From positions 5,828,001-5,861,000 of the forward strand of contig NC_087441.1 in the NCBI RefSeq assembly GCF_036321535.1: a stretch of 33,000 bases of DNA, given 5' to 3'. The stretch is from Camelus dromedarius. Taxonomy: Eukaryota. The notes below the pieces were generated by a model, which was not told where the DNA came from, searched no databases, and saw nothing but the letters and a program-made list of their open reading frames with translations. Positions 24,710 to 33,000 of this stretch are shown here, in pieces. The position numbers were made by a program, and so were the translations under genes. How positions within the stretch are numbered: position 1 is the stretch's first letter; each line of letters begins with the position of its first letter.

Positions 24710-25994
24710 CCCCTGGTGAGCAAACCCAGACATGTTCCCTCCCCTCCTGGAGGGGAGGTCACGTGGCAGAGACCCTCAGTCCTCAGTGGAACACCACAAA
24801 GGGAAGGTCAAATTGAAATAGTGAGACATGCACTTAGCTACAAGAATATGTAACAGGGAAATCCCAGCAGGTCTCGACCTGCATTTTCCCCCGTGTGTAA
24901 TCATGTATCTCTTTTAGGATCACTTGATAGACTGCAGTGTGTCTCCCTTTTCGATGCCTTCCCACTGGCCCATGACTAAGAAATGGCAGCTCTTGCGATC
25001 CTAAAGTGTTAACGCTCTTGTTTTCTCAGAGTGGATTTTAAATTTGGGAAGAACACCTGGAGTTTGTGAATAACTTTAATCATGTTTTAATGTATTTTAT
25101 TACAAGTTCGTATAACCCGAACTAGACTAATGAGACGTAAAATAAATCTTCCTTACGTATACATTTAGACATGAATAGGAGTTTCTAAGGAGATTTTTAA
25201 ATAGCATTTCTCTAAAGTCAAAGATGTGCTATTCTATTCAAATTTTAGAGGTTTAATCTTATATTAGCCCATCATGTCAACTATTATAGATTTGAATTTT
25301 GCAGAATACACATTTGTATAATTTTACTAGTCAAGTGATCTTTATATAAGGACAAATTTGGGAACCGTTCATTCACTAACCTAGAAAAAAGTTTGACTTT
25401 GATCATTCATTAGAGGTTTGATATGTTTTTCCCTGAATTCATTAGGGAAAATAAAAACAAGAATGTTTTCCTAGTGACTCTTGACCTTTGACCTCAGCAG
25501 TGATGCCCAATAAATACTAAGAATGTCCCTGAACTGCCTGTGGCTACATTTGCTTCCCTTTGTAGGAGCGCCCTGTGGCGATATTGGAAACACGATGTTT
25601 TTTCCCCTTTTGCTCACACGCCAGCTTCATAGTTTACATTTTCACGACTTCTTGCTATTTTATTTGAGTACCAAGTGGATTGTCTCAACTTCCTGTCTGT
25701 TAACTTTGTTTAAAAACATTGAATTTAATGCTGAGAAGATGGTGAGAAACCGACTGCTCAGAAGAATTAATTTCCTCATTTTTTTTTTAACAGCTTGAAA
25801 ATCAGCACACTTGAAGTTTCACACCGCATGCAAATAAGTCTCCCTGGGTGTTAGGGTATTTACGAGCCCCCAGAGCAAGAGTATGTGTTCTGCACTTCAT
25901 GTATCTGAACTCCTCCTGAAAAATCAGTTGACAGCCTAGTTGTGGAAAATTATTTTGGCCGTTAGACCCTGAAATTCATTCTGAATTTTGAATT

Positions 25995-26165
25995 ACTGAC
26001 ATTCATTCATTGATTCAAAAAGTATTTATTAAACTTACAAAGTTGAGTCAGATTTAGCCACTATTGCAAAGACTTCAAACACAGTCTAGAGGAAACAGTG
26101 GTAAAAAATTCTTCCAAAAACTTACAGTAGGTGTGTTTAGAGAGAAAGTACGAGATAATTAGCTG
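25995..26165 (-). mobile_element. L2 3' end (host of the LTR at 26166; L2-like sequence resumes at about 26583-26695)
   Basis: CATTCATTCATTGATTCAAAAAGTATTTATTAAAC is a reverse L2 3' end. TGCAAAGGCCCTGGGGCAGG occurs after the LTR. Confidence 0.55.
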
Positions 26166-26582
26166 TGTTACCAAGTACAGACTTGTTCTGCTCACCTCAC
26201 AGCAGGCCCGTAAATCGGGAGACGAGGTGTCGGGGCAAGGAAGGCCGCATAGCAGGAAGACGGCAGACTAACGTCTTGAAGAACCATCTTCCCCAAATGA
26301 GAATTCACACTTGTTTTATACTAAAAAGGGAAGGTAATATGCTTGTGTTGCAAACTTCTTGGTGTAGGAATCCTTTGTTCTTGCAGCTGTCCATGTAGGT
26401 CACATCACGGTGTCCCTATAAACCTCCAACGAAACATTATTTTCTATTCTGCAGCTTGTTATCTTCATATGAATGGAAATGTGTAAATATCCTTAAAGGC
26501 CAGAGCCTTGAGAATAGGCTCTCCTGTAGATTTCAGGCTCCAGGCAACATTCTTTTACAAAAGGTGCAGAACCAGCAAGAGC
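26166..26582 (-). mobile_element. ERV1-class LTR (copy A), U3-side truncated
   Basis: Begins TGTTACCAAG on + and is collinear with the LTR at 27563-28088 up to AAAAGGTGCAGA, then diverges. TATAAAA on - at 26314-26320. Lacks the ATAGCGACTTTATCTGGAAA segment (poly(A)-signal region) present in copy B. No TSD found. Confidence 0.9.
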
Positions 26583-26699
26583 GAGTGTGGCACATTAAGG
26601 AACTAACAGCTGAGTACACTGGAGCACAAAGTGCAAAGGCCCTGGGGCAGGCAGGGGAGGAGGGAGCTGGATGGACAAGCTGGACCTGATCAGGTATCA

Positions 26700-26910
26700 A
26701 AAATTTGCATTAGCAGAATTTGATGATTGCACAGTGGTTATGTAACATAGTTACCATTTTCTTAGGAGGTACTCACTGAATAATTTGGGGTAAAGGGTTA
26801 TGATGTCTGCAGTTTACTCTCAGGCAGCTCAGCAAACATATAACAACAAAAATGTTATATATACTAATGAATGTATTTATATTTTAGTGATGATGATAGA
26901 CAGAAAGCAA
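26700..26910 (+). mobile_element. L1MC-type 3' UTR fragment
   Basis: GCACAGTGGTTATGTAA..TTTGGGGTAAAGGGTTATGATGTCTGCAGTTTACTCTCA. Confidence 0.65.
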
Positions 26911-26914
26911 TTGG

Positions 26915-27080
26915 TTTTTTTTAATCTATGCACCATTTTTTTATGCATAGTTTCTACACAATGGGTGTCAGTTCTACACAGAATTTTATGGTACCCTTTT
27001 CATCTCAGTTATAGCTGAAGCATTTCTCATATTGGTGAACACTCATCATAAACATTATTTTAATGGCTGCATAAGATTCC
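26915..27080 (-). mobile_element. Old L1M 3' UTR fragment
   Basis: TTTCTCATATTG..ATTATTTTAATGGCTGCATAAGATTCC. Confidence 0.45.
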
Positions 27081-27217
27081 TTTTTTTAATTGCTTTTTGT
27101 TGTTGTTCGTAACCCCCTTCACCCATTCCTCCCACCCCTGCCCCCCACCTCTGACAACGGCTAATCTGTTCTCTGTGCCTGTGAGCTTGGCTCTTGATTT
27201 GGTTTCATTGGGTTAGA

Positions 27218-27446
27218 NNNNNNNNNNNNNNNNNNNNNNNNNNNNNNNNNNNNNNNNNNNNNNNNNNNNNNNNNNNNNNNNNNNNNNNNNNNNNNNNNNN
27301 NNNNNNNNNNNNNNNNNNNNNNNNNNNNNNNNNNNNNNNNNNNNNNNNNNNNNNNNNNNNNNNNNNNNNNNNNNNNNNNNNNNNNNNNNNNNNNNNNNNN
27401 NNNNNNNNNNNNNNNNNNNNNNNNNNNNNNNNNNNNNNNNNNNNNN
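27218..27446. other. Assembly gap (229 N)
   Basis: N run inside L1 3' UTR. Confidence 1.
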
Positions 27447-27562
27447 CTTTTTGAGTAAGTGTTTTTATTTTCTTCAAACAAATACCCAGAAGTGGAATTG
27501 CTGAATCATATAGTAGTTCTACTTTTAATTTTTTGAGGAATTTCTATACTGTTTTCCATTCT

Positions 27563-28088
27563 TGTTCCCAAGTCCAAACTCGTTCTGCTTGCCACATAAA
27601 TTGGGAGACAAGTGTTGTGGCAAGGAATAGCGACTTTATCTGGAAAGCCGGCAAATAGAGAAGATGGCAGACTAATGTCCTGGAGAACCATCTTCCCCAA
27701 GTCAGAATTCAGGCTTCTTTTATACTAAAAAGGGGAGAGGGTGTGGTTGGCTGTTGCAGACTTCTTGGTGTAGAAATTCTTTGTTCTTGGAATCCTTTGT
27801 TCTTGCAGCTGTCTGCATGGTTCAGGTCACGGTGCCCCTATAAAACCTCCAACAAAACAAACGTTATTTTCCATCCTACAATTTGTTATCTTTATATGAG
27901 TGCAAAAGTGTTAATATCCTAAAAGATCAGAGCCTTGAGAATAGGCTCTCCTGTGTAGTTCAGGTTGTAGGAAACATTCTTTTACAAAAGGTGCAGAGCT
28001 AGCAAGGTTAAGCCAAGAAAACGGGGCACAGGGTTAAAGCCAAAAGAACAGATCTAATATGGAGTCAGATTTGTTCATTTCTATTACA
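27563..28088 (-). mobile_element. Complete ERV1-class solo LTR (copy B), 526 bp, with 4-bp TSD TTCT
   Basis: TG...CA termini. TTCT at 27559-27562 and 28089-28092. The host L1 sequence (GTTTTCCAT|..GGCTGCAC) rejoins across it. TATAAAA on - at 27718-27724, GATAAA-type poly(A)-signal variant on - near 27635, and a 16-bp internal duplication at 27774-27805. Confidence 0.92.
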
Positions 28089-28102
28089 TTCTGGCTGCAC
28101 TG

Positions 28103-28266
28103 NNNNNNNNNNNNNNNNNNNNNNNNNNNNNNNNNNNNNNNNNNNNNNNNNNNNNNNNNNNNNNNNNNNNNNNNNNNNNNNNNNNNNNNNNNNNNNNNNN
28201 NNNNNNNNNNNNNNNNNNNNNNNNNNNNNNNNNNNNNNNNNNNNNNNNNNNNNNNNNNNNNNNNNN
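28103..28266. other. Assembly gap (164 N)
   Basis: N run inside L1. Confidence 1.
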
Positions 28267-28597
28267 TTTCTTTTGCCTGTTAGCCATCTGCATGTTTTCT
28301 TTGGAAAAATGTTTACTCAGATCTTCTGCCCATTTTTAAAATCAGATTTTTTGTGTTTTTTTGCTGTTGAGTAAGTATTTTGTGTATTTTGGATATCAAA
28401 ATATCAGATATATGATTTGCAAATATCTTCTCCCATTCATTGAGTTGCATGTCTTATTATTTTCAACATATAAATCTCTCACCTCTTAGGTTAAATTTAT
28501 ACCTAGATATTTTATTCTTTTTGATGAAATTGTAAATGGGAATGTTTCATTAATTTCTCTTTCTGATAGTTTGTTATTAGTGCATAGAAACGTGATA

Positions 28598-28756
28598 NNN
28601 NNNNNNNNNNNNNNNNNNNNNNNNNNNNNNNNNNNNNNNNNNNNNNNNNNNNNNNNNNNNNNNNNNNNNNNNNNNNNNNNNNNNNNNNNNNNNNNNNNNN
28701 NNNNNNNNNNNNNNNNNNNNNNNNNNNNNNNNNNNNNNNNNNNNNNNNNNNNNNNN
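28598..28756. other. Assembly gap (159 N)
   Basis: N run inside L1 ORF2. Confidence 1.
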
Positions 28757-28903
28757 TGCCTAATTGCTCTGGCTGTGAGTTCCAATACTGTGTTGAATAA
28801 AAGTGGCAAGAGTGCTTATTTTTGTCTTGCTTCTGATTTTAAAGGAAAAGTGTTCAGCTTTTCATCGCTGAATATGATTTTAGCTGAGGGCTTGTCATAT
28901 ACA

Positions 28904-29091
28904 NNNNNNNNNNNNNNNNNNNNNNNNNNNNNNNNNNNNNNNNNNNNNNNNNNNNNNNNNNNNNNNNNNNNNNNNNNNNNNNNNNNNNNNNNNNNNNNNN
29001 NNNNNNNNNNNNNNNNNNNNNNNNNNNNNNNNNNNNNNNNNNNNNNNNNNNNNNNNNNNNNNNNNNNNNNNNNNNNNNNNNNNNNNNNNNN
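28904..29091. other. Assembly gap (188 N)
   Basis: N run inside L1 ORF2. Confidence 1.
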
Positions 29092-30741
29092 ATGGCGTAT
29101 GATCCTTTCAGTGTATTGTTGAATTTCAGTTTACTAATATTTTGTTGAGGATTTTTGCATCATGTCACCTGAGACCTAACATAGATGGGCACAATAGGAA
29201 ATAGTGCTGAGCAAACTGAAGAGCTGTGGAATGTTTAAACTTAAGTTGTGAAATATAATCATGCTGAGTCTAAGAGCATCAATTTTTTTATTATAGTTAA
29301 TTGAATCTTGTTGAAAAATCCAAATTGTATGAAAATTTAAAACAAACTCACATCTTTCCAATACCTTCTCTGTTCATTTCACCTAATGCTGGCCAATTTA
29401 TTCTTAACCTCCTTTGTAATCATTTTTATATCCCTAGAATTGAAATTTCATTACAGATTACATAGTATCTAATCATGAGTAATGTGTACTCTAGAACTTT
29501 AGTTTGGCAACATACAATACTGACACACATTACTCCATTTCATTCAGTAATTATTCCTTATACCTATGTTGTGTCTTCACAAATTACAAAATTCTGGTTC
29601 AGGATCTAGAAATTTAGACTAGTTTCCTTGAGCACGCACGTAGACACAGACACACACAGACACCTGCACACACACAGATCAGTGTTTTGCCTACCCTTAA
29701 CAAATTACTAATCTGACAGTAAGAGAAGTTAAGTCGGTGTCTGCAGGCGGTGAGAAATGGTAGTCTTGCACCCCAGGGCAAAACAGTGGGGCAACATCTC
29801 AACAGACTGAGAAGAATGTCGCCAGAAGTTGGGGCACATTGGGGGTTAGGAAAATCTGTTTTAAAATCATAGCATGAATAGTAAGGCACAAGCAGGGAAC
29901 GGCCAGAAAAAAAGATGAGAAATAAAGGTTTCTGAGGCAGTTGTTGTTCTGCCAGATTCTCCTGCGTTTGACAACAGAGGGTTTTTTTAGTCTCTTTTGT
30001 TTGAATCGTGAGTGGCAACAAAATGTTAATAATGTATTACTCGCCTTATTGTGGGTAACTGTTAATTTTCTGGGCTTTTTAAACATGAACCAGAATTAGA
30101 TGTGGGATTCCTTATTGCTTATGAGAAATTCAATCAGTGTTTCTCAGATTTAACCAATTGAGGCTGACATATGCCTTGTAGTATCCTGGAGGATCTACTT
30201 TCTCTTGATAATTGAAATGCTGTTGTACAAGAAATGGTGCAAAGGGCCTTATATCTGTTTTCATGTCAGTTGTCAGCCTATCATGTGCTGCTCGTGCTCT
30301 TACTAAGAATTAAGAGTGGATCAGAGCACGACGTTTCACAGAGCTTCAACAAGGAGATTTCCTGGCAGATCAGTAAATGTAGGACACACTCATGATGATT
30401 TTCCTCAATGGGGGACACAGAAGATCATTTTAGTGATTAAAAACCGTGCTAACCACCCTTGCTATGGAGGCAAAGAATCTGATCTCTCAACTCTTGTCTC
30501 CATGTCACTGTTGCTACTTAAAAAAGCTGTCGAAATGCTGACATGGTTCTTTAATCAGGTTCCCTGGAAAATCTCCCTGGCACTTCTCACCATGAGCATC
30601 TGCTTTGTGAGGTCACTGGAATAGCTTAGTATGTATTGTTGACTGTCCGACTGAGAATCTGTCCCTTTAAGTTATAGGCCCAGCACCTGGAGCACCTATT
30701 AAGACTTCTCAGTGGTTTGGGAACATGAAAATGCATAGTGA

Positions 30742-30877
30742 AGCGGAATGATATAGCTCAGTGGTAGAGCGCGTGCTTAGCATGCAGGAGGTCCTGGGTT
30801 CAATCCCCAGTACCTGCATCAAAAATAAACAAACAGACAAATAAACAAACAAACATAATTACCTCCTCCCCAAAAAA
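30742..30877 (+). mobile_element. tRNA-Ala(AGC)-derived SINE, camelid Vic-1 type, with perfect 15-bp TSD
   Basis: A box TAGCTCAGTGG (30754-30764), B box GGTTCAATCC (30797-30806), anticodon loop TTAGCAT, and A-rich tail AAAAATAAACAAAC..TAATTACCTCCTCCCCAAAAAA. TSD GAAAATGCATAGTGA at 30727-30741 and 30878-30892. Confidence 0.92.
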
Positions 30878-31113
30878 GAAAATGCATAGTGATCTAATCA
30901 TAAAAAGGAATACTTGAAACCTTTCATCACATGGAACAAGCCATATTCTTAGTTTCCTGAAGGACATTCCCAGGATATGCTGGATACCTGGAGGAGAAAG
31001 ATAATGCTATTATTAATGTGCAATTGTGACAGACTTATTTATTTTTAAAGGAAACTTTTTACGATTTGTGAACATGTACAAGACTTCACAAATCTTAGGT
31101 TTATGCCTTGATG

Positions 31114-31820
31114 CATTTTGATAGCTTTATTGGGATATAATTTACAAATCATGCAAATCACCCAGTGTAAGTGTACAGTTAGATGGTAAATATCTACCAG
31201 CATGCAGACATCATCAGCACACAGTTTTGGAATGCTTCTGTCACCCTGAGAAATTTCCTCCTGCACATTTGAGACAGGCGCACGCCCACCCTCAGCCTCA
31301 GGCAATCACTGATCTATTCTCTGCTTATAGTTTGCCTTTTCTAGAAATGTCATACAAGTGGCATCATATAATATGTAATGTTTTGTCTGGCTTATTTCCC
31401 GCAGCATAATTATTTTGAGATTTTTCAGGGCTGTTTCGTGTGTCTGTCTTCTTGATGAGCAAAATCGCATTAAATGGATGCGATACATTGGGTTTGTCCA
31501 CTCCCCAGTTGGTGGGCATTTGTGTTGTTTCTGAGGTGATGATGAGCTGAGCTGTGGGCATTTGTATACAAGTCTCGGTGTGGACATATGCTTTCCTTTC
31601 TCTCAGTTGGGTGCCCAGGAGAGGAATCACTAGGTCCAATGGTAATGTGTGTTTAACACTTAAAACAATTACTTAAGTGTTTTCTGTGTGGCTGTAACAT
31701 TTTACATCCTCATTAAAGGGGAGGGAGTCTAGTTTCTGCACATCCTCACCAGCACTTGGTATTTTGCTTCGTTTTCATATGTACTGTTTTGTGAAATATC
31801 TGTTCAAATATCTTGTCTAA
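31114..31820 (-). mobile_element. L1MB7/8-type 3' end
   Basis: TTTTGATAGCTTTATTGGGATATAATTTACA, TTTGCCTTTTCTAGAAATGTCATA, GGTGGGCATTTGTGTTGTTTC, GTGGACATATGCTTTC and CATCCTCACCAGCACTTGGTAT. Confidence 0.9.
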
Positions 31821-33000
31821 TTATGACATTTTATTAGTTATACCATGCACTGGAATGTTTGCTGTGTACATAGAAAGGATGGCCATACTTAGAAGTGAAA
31901 GAATATGAAAATGACGCACTCATGTCACCTGAGAGATATCTGCATAAAATACAAGATTTTTTCACAGCTAATAAGATTCTAAAATGTAACTTTTAGAATC
32001 CAGACCATTAGCATTCTCCCATTTGGTTCCGTACTATTGTACGTATTTGTTGATAATTCATGGTTAAAAAAGCGTAAAAGCTGTCTACCTCACAAGGGGC
32101 TGAGCTGGACCTCCCCTGCAACTTTTCCATGAGTAACTACTTATTGTTAATTATGATTAAAACAATACCTCTTTAACAAAGCATCAGTAACCCAGATTAA
32201 TCGGCTGCTTTCCAGGCAGATACTTCCTGAGATCCCCAGGGTTTCATCAGCAAATTGTAGTAATGACACTGCTTTGCACGGTGCTATTGTTTCAGAGGTA
32301 AATATGTGAATTGATTACCCATGAGCTCAGGTCGTGATGGTCTGTTGTTTTGCTTTATTCTTTATTATGTTAGGAACCCTACACAGCAGGGGGCTGGTAT
32401 CTCCTACAGGGTCACCTTGGGACTTCTAATATGGAAATCCAAATGAATTCTTTGTTACTGCAAATTGCAAACAGAACAGCAGCAGCCTGCTTCCATGCTT
32501 ATAAATATGTATGTCTCTCCCACCAATGAAATTATAGGGAAGGATAGATCAAAGTGAATTAGCACCTGTCAAGGAAATTTGATAGGTCATTCTGTGCTGT
32601 AATTTTATTGCCTTTTCTTCTGAGTGTGACAGAGTGGCCAAAGCCTGCACCTAGCTCTCCTTCACTCACTGTGCTTAACAGCAGTTCAGGTATGGAAATG
32701 AATCACCTGGTATCTATTCTGTGCAGCGGGATGCAAACTGAAAACTAAATTTTTACAATCAGAATGAGTTTGACTGCATTTAGACTCTAAATGTCGCTTA
32801 GTATCTGTGGCTACCGCAGTGGCATGCCACTGTGCACCTGAACGGTGAAATCTGTTGCTGTGAATCTCTTAGGCTTTCGTAGAACCCTTCTGGAGCCGGC
32901 AGTCCTAAGGATCTATTCACTTGGCCATATGATTTTCCTGGCCTTGTTGATGTGAGAATTCTGCCATTATCATAACCTATTGTTTTCCCACATGGAAATA

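Larger units (their letters stand above)
27081..29161 (-). mobile_element. LINE-1 (3' UTR to ORF2 RT region), 5'-truncated, split by the LTR at 27563-28088, with an internal deletion at about 28450 and four N gaps
   Basis: T-rich tail at 27081, C-rich 3' UTR tract, AAATACCCAGAAGTGGAATTGCTGAATCATATAG. Minus-strand translations PLLFNTVLELTARAIR and [36 protein letters not shown] match L1 ORF2. Confidence 0.95.

Noticed and set aside
27110-27155. C-rich tract (G4 on minus strand)
   Set aside because: This is the expected G-rich segment of an L1 3' UTR.
15999-29091. Five N runs, all within the younger L1 segments
   Set aside because: The flanks are collinear with L1 and the gap sizes are close to the expected missing sequence. 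This is short-read assembly or masking behaviour, not biology.
15965-29122. ORF-track entries containing X runs and L1-derived ORFs (for example 16363-16662, 17746-18051, 28486-28809)
   Set aside because: They are artefacts of N gaps or fragments of a frameshifted L1 ORF2, not functional CDS.
17520-29161. Inverted L1 pair (17520-18263 + versus 28451-29161 -) as a dsRNA/hairpin or twin-priming product
   Set aside because: The copies are about 10 kb apart, separated by older elements, and visibly diverged (roughly three-quarters identical in the one block compared by eye). They are independent insertions.
30742-30820. Possible tRNA-Ala(AGC) gene
   Set aside because: The acceptor stem does not pair. 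The A-rich tail and 15-bp TSD identify it as a SINE.
29161-31934. 14-bp direct repeat CATGTCACCTGAGA at 29161 and 31921 as a possible TSD
   Set aside because: About two such 14-mer matches are expected by chance in 33 kb, and the enclosed DNA is a mix of unrelated elements.
15449-32689. Further plus-strand micro-exon-like cassettes (15449-15470, 18881-18886, 32682-32689) and a 35/56-nt candidate at 4979
   Set aside because: They have weaker acceptors or donors, yield no recognisable peptide when chained, and their number is close to the chance expectation for pseudo-exons.
1-33000. CRISPR arrays, operons or prokaryotic defence systems
   Set aside because: The sequence is mammalian. There are no repeat-spacer arrays and no long ORFs.

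Overview
Repeat-rich mammalian non-coding DNA (intronic or intergenic). It is probably camelid, because it carries a tRNA-Ala-derived SINE matching the camelid Vic-1 type at 30742-30877. I recognise no protein-coding gene. The supplied ORFs are short chance ORFs, degraded LINE-1 ORF2 pieces, or artefacts that run through N gaps. A large part of the window is transposon fossil: old eutherian L2, MIR, MER20, Arthur1, Charlie, MLT1, LTR16 and L1M elements, two younger L1 ORF2 fragments (15785-18772 +, 27081-29161 -), two related ERV1-type LTRs (26166-26582 and 27563-28088, both -) and one SINE with a perfect 15-bp target-site duplication (TSD). Five N gaps all lie in or at the edge of the younger L1 segments. 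Subfamily names come from my recall of consensus sequences, and most boundaries are approximate. I see no convincing new biological system. The best lead is a testable hypothesis. The truncated LTR at 26166-26582 keeps its TATA box, has lost its poly(A)-signal segment and carries a strong splice donor. It points at three well-formed minus-strand exon candidates, and together they splice into one 80-codon open frame with no homology I recognise. Secondary leads are a CpG/ACGT-dense candidate enhancer at 4700-4985 and a few micro-exon-like cassettes.
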